Positions 39,193-52,073 are shown, counted from the first letter of the stretch. The stretch: DNA of 64,000 nucleotides from Octopus bimaculoides (GCF_001194135.2 NC_068994.1:52401562-52465561); one strand, 5' to 3'. Made by a program: numbers and translations. Notes: generated from the sequence alone by a model not told the origin.

Positions 39193-39919
39193 NNNNNNNN
39201 NNNNNNNNNNNNNNNNNNNNNNNNNNNNNNNNNNNNNNNNNNNNNNNNNNNNNNNNNNNNNNNNNNNNNNNNNNNNNNNNNNNNNNNNNNNNNNNNNNNN
39301 NNNNNNNNNNNNNNNNNNNNNNNNNNNNNNNNNNNNNNNNNNNNNNNNNNNNNNNNNNNNNNNNNNNNNNNNNNTATATATAATCATAAATATATAGGGA
39401 TTGACAGTAACCTGCTTCTCCAACATACTGAGAATTCAGAAATAGCAGTCAAAGAACTACTGATTTCAAAACTACAAATTATTACTCCAGATTGATAGCG
39501 ATATTTTTGATACACACAGAACAAAAAAACAGTAGAGAAGAGTAAAAAACAACCTGCCTTTAGTTAATTTAGTACGATCGTTTCACAGTTAAGAGTAAAG
39601 AATACTCTATTCTGATCTTCAGCTAAATATTCCAATAAATTTGTTAATGTCTAAATAACTCACGTTAATTTTGACCATGTGAACATCAATACCACGTGAG
39701 CTACTGAGCTACTCAGCAAAATTGTTAATTATTAATTTTATTACTAATTGACGATTCCCTGCCCTGCATATCTATATATATATATACATCTGTGTGTGTG
39801 TGTTTGTGTGTGTGTTTGTTAGAGTAAGCTTAATTTGAAGTGTTACCGGTGTTTCTGCGCTAATAAGAGGGCTGGGAATGCCGTGGTTGATGATACGCAG
39901 ACACGCGCTGAAACTGCGA

Positions 39920-39994
39920 CAATATTATGCCTCTGTCTCCAAGGAACTGCTACATAAAGCCCTCACCTTCGCAAGCGAATTCATAGGAATCAGA
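39920..39994 (+). mobile_element. Penelope-like reverse transcriptase relic
   Basis: Translates QYYASVSKELLHKALTFASEFIGI, matching the recalled PLE RT motif xFYPSISxxLLxKALxFA. Confidence 0.55.
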
Positions 39995-40328
39995 ATATAT
40001 ATATATATATATATAAGAAACACTGGGATTAAAAATCATGGCAGATATATACTAAGTAATCAGCACTCAGTATATAGGAATAAATTTAAAATCCCAACAA
40101 GCAGAAACAAGTAAATGCATGTAGAAAACAAATCCCAGGTAAATCCTCATTTTTGACAGGTAAATCCAATGATCCTTATGCAGAATTTTAAGACATTCGG
40201 TGTATTAACAACAATCAGTAATACGTACGAAGAAAATCATATATTTATTTTAGATTACAAATTGAAATTAAAAATCCAACAATTGTTTCAATTGTATTAA
40301 CATATACATATATAGTCATACACCCCCC

Positions 40329-40431
<103 letters not shown>

Positions 40432-40973
40432 GCATATATATGCATATATGGGTACAGGACGTCACAAACTGAAAACAACATGAAATAGGTAGACAAATGA
40501 GTTAAATTTCGTACGCAATCAAGCTAGAATTAATTAAAGAATAATTAATTAAATAATAGCAACTACCAGCCATGATTATTATATAGCTGGGTAGGTTAAT
40601 ATTTAAAACATTTGTGTACAGACATGCATAAATGGTAAATTTCTGCGTTAACAGGAATGAAAAACAAATTCTTTTTATAGACAATGTGTCTGAAACATAC
40701 AAAGCTAGGTACACAAGAGCAAAATGGTTATTTATTTAGATATAATAAAAGCGGTTCTTAATTCCGAATCTGTATTCTAACGACGCAGAAACACCTGTGA
40801 TGCAATTCGATGACGTCATTCATGAAGATTGGTGTATTTTAATCGTTTGTTATAAGAAGTTTTCTTCTGAGAGATTTATCGCAGTGAAAATCTCTGCACG
40901 TTTTAGTGTACAAAGCTGAATAAAACATAAATATGCATTCGTAATACATACATACATACACATATATATATAT

Positions 40974-41120
40974 AGTTGAAATTTATAATAAAACAAAAGA
41001 TGAAGACAGGTGAATGAACAACAAGCAAGTGTATTGGTTTAACGGTCGAGAAAATGTAAGTCTTTTACATTTCGAGCCTACGCTCTTCAACAGAAAGAAA
41101 TAAGACTGAGAGAGAATGAA
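40974..41120 (-). mobile_element. Penelope-like terminal repeat fragment ending at a (TA)n tract
   Basis: Contains a hammerhead-like motif on minus. Its 3' end abuts the tatatatata run at about 40965-40974. Confidence 0.5.
41061..41098 (-). ncRNA. Variant minimal hammerhead ribozyme motif
   Basis: Minus strand reads tcttt-CTGTTGA-a-gagc(gtag)gctc-GAA-ATGT-A-aaaga. Stem I is 5 bp and stem II is 4 bp. There is an A6-to-U core change, and ACGT has decayed to ATGT. Confidence 0.5.
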
Positions 41121-41199
41121 AAAAAATCTTGTAGATTTCAGCGGTCCTGTTCATTTTTCTCTATACACAAGGAGGGGACAAAAGGTCCCTGAATAAGGT

Positions 41200-41415
41200 T
41201 TGTTTACGGATGTTGACCAAAACACTAATGTTTCCAAAGGTGAATTATTCAAACTCCAAAGAATTCCTCTCAACACATGGCTATGATGCTGCCCCACTAC
41301 TTCTGCACATGATCAGAGATGCACATATCGTCAGTCACTAAGGAACATGCTAAACTGGTTATGGTCAAACAACTGACAAGCAAATCTGTGGTATTGAGCA
41401 GAATATTTGCTGTAG
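41200..41415. repeat. Interspersed repeat fragment of unknown class
   Basis: GC-balanced block ggatgttgaccaaaacact...caacacatggctatgatgct...gcagaatatttgctgtag recalled as a frequent octopus repeat; unverified. Confidence 0.3.
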
Positions 41416-41614
41416 ACTTTTAATCTGCATCTTTGTTACAGTCACATGCCGAGACACGCCCAGTGTCTTGGGTGGGGGGAGTGTAGATAAGAGATGCTAC
41501 AGTATGAATGAAAGCCTGGGGAGGAGAAGTAGCAAAATATCTACATTTAAATGTATAGGATCTATCTAAGGATGTAGGCAATACTTGTCAGTACAATCTT
41601 TTGGATTTCTCTGT

Positions 41615-41795
<181 letters not shown>

Positions 41796-42257
41796 TAGAA
41801 AGGAATTATCATTTGTCAATTTAGATATTTAAATTTCATACTATTCTAATAATTAGAAAAGAAAAGAAATGTAATTAATGTTTTGTAATGAGTTTCTGAT
41901 GTATGCAATTAAAGATTTTCATTTGAGATAATGAGCGAACAAATGGAAATAGGGAAATAGAAAAGGATTAAAAAAAGAGAAGGTGATTGTAACAGACGGA
42001 GAGATTACGACAGAATACATGCGGATAGGATAACATAAAGAGACTAAATAGATGACGCATAACTAGATATATTGTGAGAAATGCTGTGGAAGAGAAAGAT
42101 GAAGACGTGGATGTAGTCATTGGGGAGAGCATACGACCAGCGGAATTTGATAAGAAAAAACAGTGAACACTGCATAGAAGACACCCATCAAGTTTATACG
42201 TAAGCACCTACAGGAAGTATCTACAGGCAGTTTAATGTTGATATGTACTGAGAGAAA

Positions 42258-42488
42258 GGCTGAGAGCTGGCAGAAACGTGAGCACGCCGGGCCAACTGCT
42301 TAGCGGTATTTCGTCTGCCGCTACGTTATGAGTTCAAATTCCGCCGAGGTCGACTTTGCCTTTCATCCTTTCGGTGTCGATAAATTAAGTACCGGTTACG
42401 CACTGGGGTCGAGTGTGATCAAGTTAATCCGTTTGTCTGTCCTTGTTGGTCCCCTCTATGTTTAGCCCCTTGTGGACAATAAAAAAAT
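42258..42488 (+). mobile_element. SINE family B, full length, young; used as the local reference copy
   Basis: Head gagctggcagaaacgtgagcacgccgg, B-box-like gagttcaaattcc, core gaggtcgactttgcctttcatcc, tail tttagccccttgtggacaataaaaaaat. Confidence 0.92.
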
Positions 42489-42645
42489 AGAAACGTTAGC
42501 ATGCAGAGGCAAGGTGATTTGCGGCTTTTAGTTTGACTTTATGTTCTGAGTTCAAACTCTGTCGAAAAAATAAGCACTGGTGTCGATGTAATCGATTTCT
42601 CCACTCCCGGAAATTGCTAGACTTGTGACAAAATTTAAAACTGAT
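42489..42645 (+). mobile_element. Older SINE family B (short-tail variant) directly after the previous copy
   Basis: agaaacgttagcatgc...ttctgagttcaaact...gcactggtgtcgatgtaatcg...aaattgctagacttgtgacaaaattt. Confidence 0.75.
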
Positions 42646-44089
42646 ACGTAGTCAGAGAGGTATTGATATACATTATTTGTTATATCAGTATATCAACATA
42701 CGTTGCTCTAGGATTCGTTGTGTGATGTAGACACCATTGATAGGAACGCAATAAGGTGTGAAAATAGATTTAGGACTGTCGTCATTTTTGTCAATCAACG
42801 AAGAAATAAACTTCCCCTGTTGAAATATCTACAGCATAGATTACATATATATATTTTTTATCATACCTTGATACTGTGCGGACCAAGATCCACATTGACA
42901 GGCCACTGATGTTAAATAAAGTGTTTAATAATTATAGTAAGCAAAGTATAAGCGCAGCCGTGGCTGTGTGTTAAGATAAGATATCTCACAAGTGTAATAG
43001 TATTTAACTGCTATTTCTAAATTTCGGTATGTGGTGAAGCAATTTTGCTGAACCCTAATTATAATTATGCATATAATTATAAAACTTTTGTATAAGTTTG
43101 CCGTTAAGGGTTCTTTTAACACACCGAACTACTTGTTAAAATTATTAATTATTAATTTTACCCTATATAATATATATATATATATATATTTTATGTATAT
43201 TTATACACACGTATGTATAAAAATACATACAGTTGTTTATGGTAGACACACACACCACATGTATGTGTGTGTGTGTGTGTGCACGTATATACATATATAT
43301 ATACAGTTCCAATAACTGACAGAGTCAACAACTATTGAAAAGTTTGCAAGACGAAACGAAAATTTTAGCAAAAATAAATAAATGTGTGGAAATCAGACTG
43401 GTGAGTGTGTTAAGTTAACAAGGCACTGAAACAGAATGACTCTCCCCAGGTACAATAAGATATGCTTCAACACAGAAATTCACATAAAGAATCTTGCAAA
43501 CCAATTACAAAAACGAAATATATATTGAGAGATATAGTATAAGTAGAAACGTTGATAATATCCATGTTATGAAATTACATGTAACGATTGTAAAGTTGTT
43601 TGAATATCAATTACGAACATTTTCAACCACATTACCGCACGCACGTGTGTGTATAGGTTCAAAACGTGACAGGGAAGGCAATAGTCGATTACTAGAACCA
43701 ATATTGAGTTGAGGTGAGGCTGAAAACATTTTACAAATTCTTGGTTTTGACTCTGCTAAACGGTCCTGAGATAAAGCCGAACATTTGACAATCATGTGAC
43801 AAATAAACGGATAAAGATTTAAAGCACAGAAGGTTTTCAATCTCTTCCCATATCGATGGTATGTGTTGTATAAACTGATTGATCTTTGTTGAAGATAACC
43901 TAAATATAATAATGCAGTTGAATTAGTTGATTAATAGGGAGTGTTATATCGTGATAAAAAAGGCTTGTCATTATTAACACGGCTACCGCCAGTAAATAAA
44001 GGTAAAACCATGTTGAAGGAACATATATGAAATAAATCCACATTAAATTGGGGGAAAATAGAGAATTATATAAATAAATAAATGAATCA

Positions 44090-44420
44090 ATAAATAGATT
44101 TTGCTATCAGAGAAATGGGCAGGAGACGAGGAGGGATTTTCAAGAAAAAGGCAGCTCATGAAGGAATATGAAAAGAGAAAGGATGATTTAGAGAAAATTG
44201 AAGAGGATGTAAAGATTATAGCACTGTATTTGCATGATGGTATATACAACGCTAACATACTTCGACACAGGGCCTCGGTTGAATGAAAATGATAGTGATA
44301 TAAAGAAAGAGAGAAGTAATAAGAGTTATTGGAAGCTGGGTAAAGTTGATGGCTCTTTACAATAGGTTGTAGACGTATGGAGAATGAATAGAGAAACAGA
44401 TGGATAAGTGTTTCAAAATT
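44090..44420 (+). mobile_element. Possible degenerate LINE APE-endonuclease relic
   Basis: Purine-rich block with DGIYNA (GDFNA-like) followed later by VVDVWRMN (LxDxWRxxN-like); many stops. Confidence 0.25.
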
Positions 44421-45310
44421 TAATTAGGGTGCAGAAAAGGGACAACAACCTTCAATATTTTGCGTGAAGTTTAAAGGAATTAAATGCAGAGGCACAAACT
44501 GGACATCCCACAGATAAATATGATCTGAAACAGAAATTAGCGATTTAAAAGGACACGAAACCGAATTTTTTAAAACGGATGAAATTACACAATCAACAGT
44601 AATTCCAATGCCTCTATGGTCAATCGTCGAGGGGAAAATTCGTCCCTATATTAATAATTGGTTACCATTACATATATGCAGGGGTTAATGATTAAAACTT
44701 CTTACATCATGTATCCAAAGGGTGAGGAAAAATTGTTCAACAAAATGCTTTTCACAACTCCAATTACGAATCATGCTATACATATTTACAAGTTCTAGAA
44801 CGAAAAATATTACTGTAGTTTTCTGTACATATGAAATGATTTTGGTTTGGTTATATTTTTTTACGTTTTCGGTTAAAAACGCATAGAAACTGCGATACTC
44901 ACAAAATTCTGAGAGCTAATAATATAAAGAACTCAGATATTAACAAGTAAAAGCATAACTTAATGTAACGTAAAATATACGACTAAACTACGTTTTATTT
45001 TGTCTACACGATGATTATAAACAGTCATAAAAAGGATGAATATACGTACTTTATTTCGTCTACAGGCGCCATTTTTAGCTAAACATTTTTTTACAAATAC
45101 ATAGTTTATTGACGCTGTAAGCAGCAGTGTGTGTGTTTTTGGTTTAAATTTTTGATTTCTGTTTTTCCAGATAATCTTTTAAAACGTCATATTAATCTCA
45201 ATCCATCCATATATTTTTTACAGCATTGTTTAAATTGCTAAGTGGCAAAGTATTAAGACACCATTTATTATATTTAACGTTTAGTTATATGCATGTACGC
45301 ATACATGTAT

Positions 45311-45384
<74 letters not shown>

Positions 45385-45600
45385 GTCTGGTTACAGCGCC
45401 ATATCAAAGCTGGCACTTAGATCATGATATATGTCTTATTTATTCTTTCTGCCATGTGTATTCTGAAATTGAGGATTGAGTAGCTCTTCACAAAAGACGA
45501 GTTACCCACCGACATATACACACATACACANNNNNNNNNNNNNNNNNNNNNNNNNNNNNNNNNNNNNNNNNNNNNNNNNNNNNNNNNNNNNNNNNNNNNN

Positions 45601-45646
<46 letters not shown>

Positions 45647-47139
45647 TTTCACATAAAACAAAATTATTCACTGCTGAATCATTTGGTTATTCTTACGTGG
45701 TCGAAAATAAACGAATCTGATTTCTGAATTTTAATTTGTATATAAGTACGAAGAATTTTATTTACGCTGTGAAGCCGTTGGTTGTGTTTGTGGGATATGT
45801 CTGATTGTTTCTCTTTATGTGCACTGGGTTGTATTACATTGATGATGGGAATAAAGGGATTTCCCTTTAATCTTGAAATCAATTGATATGCAATTAAGCC
45901 GTTTCATGAATCTTTTCCGTGTGTTTTTTTTTTGTCGACGTATTTTACATCATCATAATCATCGTCGTCGTCCTCCTATTTCCTTCTCATAATCATCGTG
46001 ATAATCGATAACAAGGGACAGGATAGAATCATTCAAGCCAACGACAGAGTTTCTGCGAGGTCGATTTACCCGACTTCAAATAATGGCTAACTGTAATAGA
46101 TTAGAGCGGTGTTGTAAAGTACTTGCACAGAATGTTTTAAAGGTGCTACTTTCTTCTCTGTTTATTTCTTGCAATGCTGTAATTATACAACACCCTTTAA
46201 AATATACCTTTATCCTGCCTAACTACGATAATTTTGGAGAAGTACTGAGACGAACGAGGAACGAGGAAATGTGAAAGAGTTTTTATAATAACAAGCAGAG
46301 AATTGTTTCATTTTCATACAACATATCATTGTATGAAATGTATCATTTCCTTGTACTTCAGGTTCTGTGTATGAAACAAAACATAGGAAAAAGAACATAC
46401 AATAATATAAAAACAAAAGACTCAGTTTTTACTAAAAAATATTTAAATAACGAAATTATTTCATCAATAAAACTATTTAGTATTTTTTACCACCATAGTG
46501 TAGTTAGCCTAATCTTTGACAAATCCTCAATTAATGAGATTTTTCCCAAGAGCCATTATATACATATACGTGCAAACGAATATAGGCTANNNNNNNNNNN
46601 NNNNNNNNNNNNNNNNNNNNNNNNNNNNNNNNNNNNNNNNNNNNNNNNNNNNNNNNNNNNNNNNNNNNNNNNNNNNNNNNNNNNNNNNNNNNNNNNNNNN
46701 NNNNNNNNNNNNNNNNNNNNNNNNNNNNNNNNNNNNNNNNNNNNNNNNNNNNNNNNNNNNNNNNNNNNNNNNNNNNNNNNNNNNNNNNNNNNNNNNNNNN
46801 NNNNNNNNNNNNNNNNNNNNNNNNNNNNNNNNNNNNNNNNNNNNNNNNNNNNNNNNNNNNNNNNNNNNNNNNNNNNNNNNNNNNNNNNNNNNNNNNNNNN
46901 NNNNNNNNNNNNNNNNNNNNNNNNNNNNNNNNNNNNNNNNNNNNNNNNNNNNNNNNNNNNNNNNNNNNNNNNNNNNNNNNNNNNNNNNNNNNNNNNNNNN
47001 NNNNNNNNNNNNNNNNTATATATATATATATATATATGTATATATGCTTATATCTATGTATATATATGTATATAATATATATATAAATATATATACATAT
47101 ACATATTAGATACATGCACACACACTCACACACACACAA

Positions 47140-47177
<38 letters not shown>

Positions 47178-47898
47178 TATAAACGGTTATCCATTTGAAT
47201 AATGTTATCCTTAAGACTGCATTAGCGTCTTGTTGCGAATCACTTTTCGTTTTTTACAAAGAATTTTTGTTTTACAAATATGTGTCAAGAATAGAATTTT
47301 AGAATTAGAAATGTCACTTCTAATTAAGAGAATGAATAATTTACTTCAGTGTTTCATTAACGAATCTTTCATACATCTTTTTAATTGTCCTTTCTGTAGC
47401 TTTTGATTATTTTCACAATTTTTACTCTTATCAATCTTTGTAAAAATTAAACCATTTTATTCATTTTTTTTCTCTATATTACATAATTCTTCTGGTGTAA
47501 AATGGAAATTATATCAGAATTGACAACATTTTAAAATAAGTAATTCTTGAATATAACAATGGACAACTCTCGCCTAGAAATAAATTAAATATCAATTGCA
47601 ATAATAAAACTTCTATGCGTGTATGCTTATATCTATAAATGTTTGTCTGTCTAATTATCTATCTGTTTTTCTATCCATCCATTTTTACACACACACACAG
47701 GCACACATATTATATACACTTAAAGTATAAGCATATAAGCATATAAGCATATTTTGGACTATTGAGTATATGTCGATTAGTGTGTTGAAGTGTTTAGTAG
47801 AGCACTGGCACAGTGGGGGGGGGGGCTACCTAGTGTCATCTGCAGTCGGGATGTATTACAGTTGAATCTACTTCAGGAACTCCCTAGTGTTATTTGTG

Positions 47899-48120
47899 AT
47901 AATAATAATAATAATAATTTCTTAAGTAACCAGAAAATGGATTTAGAATTAATCTTTATTCTGTACAACGGTCGTTTCGACCCATCCTGCGACTGTCTCT
48001 TATGGATGCAACACATTTTGAACGGAGTTCCAATAATAATGGACAGTAGCAGGATAGGCCGAAATGACCGTTGTACAAACTAAAAATTAATACTAAATCC
48101 ATCTTCAGGTTACTAAATAA

Positions 48121-48152
<32 letters not shown>
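47899..48152. repeat. Long palindrome: two about 85-bp arms, about 30-bp spacer, (AAT)n/(TAT)n outer tails
   Basis: 47919-48003 matches the reverse complement of about 48035-48121 at roughly 80-85%. The opposing ORFs 47790..48083 and 47956..48369 share the peptide NNN.SN.KMDL.LIF.LYNG.F. Confidence 0.9.
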
Positions 48153-48208
<56 letters not shown>

Positions 48209-48619
48209 CAAAGAAAGAGTGATAGTGAGAAAGAAAGAAAGAAAGAAACAAAGAAAGGAAGAAAGAAAATGAAAGAAAAAAATGGAAAAAAAGAAAGATA
48301 GATAGATAGAGAGGGACAGAGAAAGAGAGAGAGAGACCTATATAACATATATAAAAATCTTATATACAATAGATTTCAATATTTTTTCAGCGGAATCTAG
48401 TCATTTTTCTTCAGCACGTATTTTATATGCATACCTAAATCATACGAAAAAAGAAAATCTTCTCCATGTTTTTCTCACGCTGTCATTAATGTATTTTCTG
48501 CTAATAGATGATTTTCTTTTAATATCGGATCTAAAAGTCTCGTTTCAGCACCAATTTGTCGCTTGCTCGTATTCATTTTTTCAAACTGGAGACTATTACT
48601 TTTTCGCTGTGTTAGCCGT

Positions 48620-48764
48620 TAGTTTGCACCTCATGCTTCTCAACCACATGGTTCTGGGTTGAGTTTCACTGCACGGCACTTTGGTTAAATGTCTTCTACT
48701 CTAGCTTTGGGCCGAATAAAGACTTGTGAATGGATTTGTATTCGGAACCTACATGGAGTCCGTA

Positions 48765-48802
<38 letters not shown>

Positions 48803-48980
48803 NNNNNNNNNNNNNNNNNNNNNNNNNNNNNNNNNNNNNNNNNNNNNNNNNNNNNNNNNNNNNNNNNNNNNNNNNNNNNNNNNNNNNNNNNNNNNNNNNN
48901 NNNNNNNNNNNNNNNNNTTCTTCAAGGCGGCGCCCCAGCATGGCCGTATTCTAATGGCTGAGACAAGTGAAAAATAAGAG
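48620..48980 (+). mobile_element. SINE family A, full length, internal microsatellite lost in a gap
   Basis: Head caaccacatggttctgggttgagtttcactgcacggcactttgg before the gap and tail aaggcggcgccccagcatggccg...gctgagacaagtgaaaaataagag after it. Confidence 0.85.
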
Positions 48981-49224
48981 GTAAAGCATACACAGGTCCA
49001 TTCTCTTATACTCGTTCCATATTTTAATTGGTATTTGATTTTATGTTTGGGGGTTGTCGTTCCTCAGTGACTGCTTGGTTTTTCAGCCTTCAGGTTTCTC
49101 CCTTTTACTGTTTCTTTCTGATTTTCTTTAATGTCTTCCTCACTCGTTCCAAAGCTTTTTTCCCTCTATATATTCATGTAAATTTGATTTCAATTATCTT
49201 TCACTCCCTCCCTCATTCTCTTTT

Positions 49225-49283
<59 letters not shown>

Positions 49284-49289
49284 GGCCAA

Positions 49290-49435
49290 ACCGTTCCTCG
49301 AGGACAGAATGCTTAGTGGCACTTTGCAGATGGTTTACGTTCTGATTTCAAACACTGCTGCGGTAGACTTTGTCTTTCATCCTTTCGGAATCGATAAAAT
49401 GAGTACCAATTAGGCACTGGGATCGAAAAATTAAG
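49290..49435 (+). mobile_element. SINE family B, diverged
   Basis: aatgcttagtggc...gactttgtctttcatcctttcggaatcgataaaatgagtaccaattaggcactgggatcg. Confidence 0.8.
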
Positions 49436-49869
49436 AACTAATTAGACATTGGGTTCTAACATAGGCGTTGTGCTTATGTTAGAAAAGATTTCCTGCTTCT
49501 CTTAACTTTAAATATCCTTACGTTATCTTCTCTGTTCTTTTTTTCCTTTCCTTTCTTACTTTCATTTCTCTTACCATCTCGTCCCGACGTATTTTACATC
49601 TTGCTCTACTTTTCCTACTTTTTTTCATTATTTCTTATCTTTTATATTACCTCATTCTTTCTTTCTTTCTTTCTTTCTTTCCTTTTTTCTTTCTTTCGTT
49701 TTCTCCCTTTCTTTTAACTTTCCGTATGTCAGCTTTCATTTCTCTGATTCCTTTCTTCTTATCAATCACATGCATTCTCACTTCGTACTCTTCATTCATA
49801 TTTCACTATTCACTGTTTTATTTCTTTGTATTCTCGCTGCATTCCTTTCTTTGCCAAAAAAAAAAAAGC

Positions 49870-50000
49870 CCCCAAAATAATCTTTGATGTTGTTGATCTT
49901 GCTGTTGCTATTTGGCCCATCATATCATCTGTGATCTCGCAGTCTATGTTAATGCTTTCAACCGTTCCCATAGCACACATTATTTCCTTTTTTCTTGTTT
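49870..50000 (-). mobile_element. Possible RTE-like RT relic
   Basis: GTVESINIDCEITDDMMGQIATARSTTSKI weakly resembles LGSxISxDxxxxxEIxxRIAxARxAFxxL. Confidence 0.2.
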
Positions 50001-50297
50001 CTTTTATTTTTGGTAAAAGCTTTGTGTTTAGATCTATATTGTTCATTGTGTACTGTCATGTTTGCAGACAGTGTTGTGTGATTAGTGTGAGATGCTGCTG
50101 CAAATAGGGCAGCCATCTATAGGCTCACTATTTCTTTTGAAGTTGTTCATATTTGTGTTTCAAACAATAAAAATCGATATGTTTCAGTTTGGCGCCATGG
50201 CAGTAATAGTACAGCAGACTTTTCGTAAAAATATACTCCGGATATAACATTCAAGTCGTCTTCATATTAAGACATATACCGTCATTACTCTGTGCAG

Positions 50298-50372
50298 AAT
50301 TGTGTCTCGCTCCATTCTCAGAGAATTTCATCACTCATAACTTCACTATTTTCTTGAGAAAGGGACGCAGTG
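50298..50372 (+). CDS. Candidate 75-bp internal exon (phase 1-1), LCLAPFSENFITHNFTIFLRKGRS, product unknown
   Basis: Acceptor cattactctgtgcag, consensus donor G|gtaagt, one open frame. No homology recognised. Confidence 0.2.
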
Positions 50373-50842
50373 GTAAGTCATAGGCGGCATTACTCATTTT
50401 GTAAATTAGGCGGATCCAGAAGAGAAAACCATCCATCTCAATATTCCCGTGTTGATATCTCGAAACCTCTGTCAACAGAAGCGTGTACAGAAATAAATGC
50501 CGAAAGAAATTCTATCGGACGCTCTAATGCCTCTACAAATTCACATCCTTACTAAACTACAAATAAGTATTATATATATATATGTCATTGCTATTATGTT
50601 AAACTGTCGTATGTCCAAATCTGGCCAAATGCGTTTTTTCACTATTTATTTTTGCTTGCAATAGCTGATTCTTTTGGTCAAACTGTCGTACCTCCAGCTG
50701 CTTCAGATGCCAGGATATCAAAAGCTTCCAAAGTGTAGTACAACGGTTTTGCCATGGAATGCTGAAAGTATTTATTTTTTCGCTTTCTGAAAAAGCAACG
50801 TTTTGGACTTAGATACCTTTGCATTATGTATATATGTATATA

Positions 50843-50898
<56 letters not shown>

Positions 50899-50913
50899 AA
50901 TATATATATATGT

Positions 50914-51162
50914 ATAATTATAATTAAAAGTACCGAAGAGGCACCACCATGCCAGAAATAGTAGTCAAAACTGACTATAGTACCACATTATATATAGGAT
51001 TGGTGATAAGATAAATGAACGAAAAAATTAGCAAACATTGTTTGGCTTTGTTCATTTATCTTATCATCAGTGCTGTATGAATACATGATGTGGTTCTAGA
51101 GTCAGTTTTGAGTGCTATTTCTGGCATGGTGGTGGCTCTTCGGTACCCTGAATTATAATTAT
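50914..51162. repeat. Long palindrome: about 110-bp arms, 29-bp spacer
   Basis: ataattataatt...gtaccgaagag.caccaccatgccagaaatag...tgataagataaatgaac (50914-51020) pairs with 51050-51162, with one indel of about 7 bp. Confidence 0.92.
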
Positions 51163-51993
51163 GTTTATATTATTATATAGCTATAATGATTATCAACACT
51201 CCAACCACCCGCCTTCACCTTCCCCCACTGCAACTATGGCCACCACCACGATAATGGTGATGTTTGTAGTTGCTGTATTAGAGAGCTGTATCCAAGGTTT
51301 GTGGAGTGCCCGCAAACCTATGACGAAATGCTTTTCAACATTAGCCGGCCCCACTCACTCTCAGCTTTTCTCTCATATTTTCCTATGTTTTTGACAGAGC
51401 ATATACAGTACATTGGACATTATAAGAATGCGTCACCTTTTATGAAGAACTCAATAACTGCTATTTCTAGCAAATCATGTGACTTTCTCTGGTAATTTCT
51501 TATATCATTGTTTGATAAATTTTCTGTTTTTTGGAGAATACACGCCACTCCCGAATGCCATTTCTGTGATATACCAGATTAGTTGCCATTACAATTGCCG
51601 ATTACATTTTTGCTCTAACTTCCTTTATCTCTCTCACTTCTTCTCCTCTTATCCTTCATCTCGCATTATTCCCCCCTCTTTATTTCCTGCATTCATTCAC
51701 TCACCACACTATTTTCTTTCTTGTTATCCAATACATTTCATCGTGGATTACATTTTCCTCTTAACTATCCATCTCGGTTTTATTTGTTTTTCATATTGTC
51801 TTACGATATATATTTTTCATATATCTTTCTTTCGGAACCTTGCTTATATTTTATTACATCTTTCGTTCTCTCATGTGTTACTTAATTTAGTTTTCTTCCA
51901 AAGCAATCTCCATTTCATAATAACCACCAATTTATTTTTCTCTTTATCTCATCTTTTCACTTCACATGTTAACAAAGAGATAGAGACAAAAGT

Positions 51994-51997
<4 letters not shown>

Positions 51998-52071
<74 letters not shown>
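51998..52071. repeat. (AG)n microsatellite
   Basis: Directly visible. Confidence 0.97.

Positions 52072-52073
<2 letters not shown>

Noticed and set aside
39890-39925. Hammerhead-like TTGATGA...GAAAC next to the PLE RT relic
   Set aside because: C3 is changed, stem II is poorly closed and no stem I or III was found.
50930-50985. Hammerhead in the arm of the 50914 palindrome (CCGAAGA-ggca..tgcc-AGAAA)
   Set aside because: There is an extra base before GAAA, no A15.1-U16.1 pair and no stem I.
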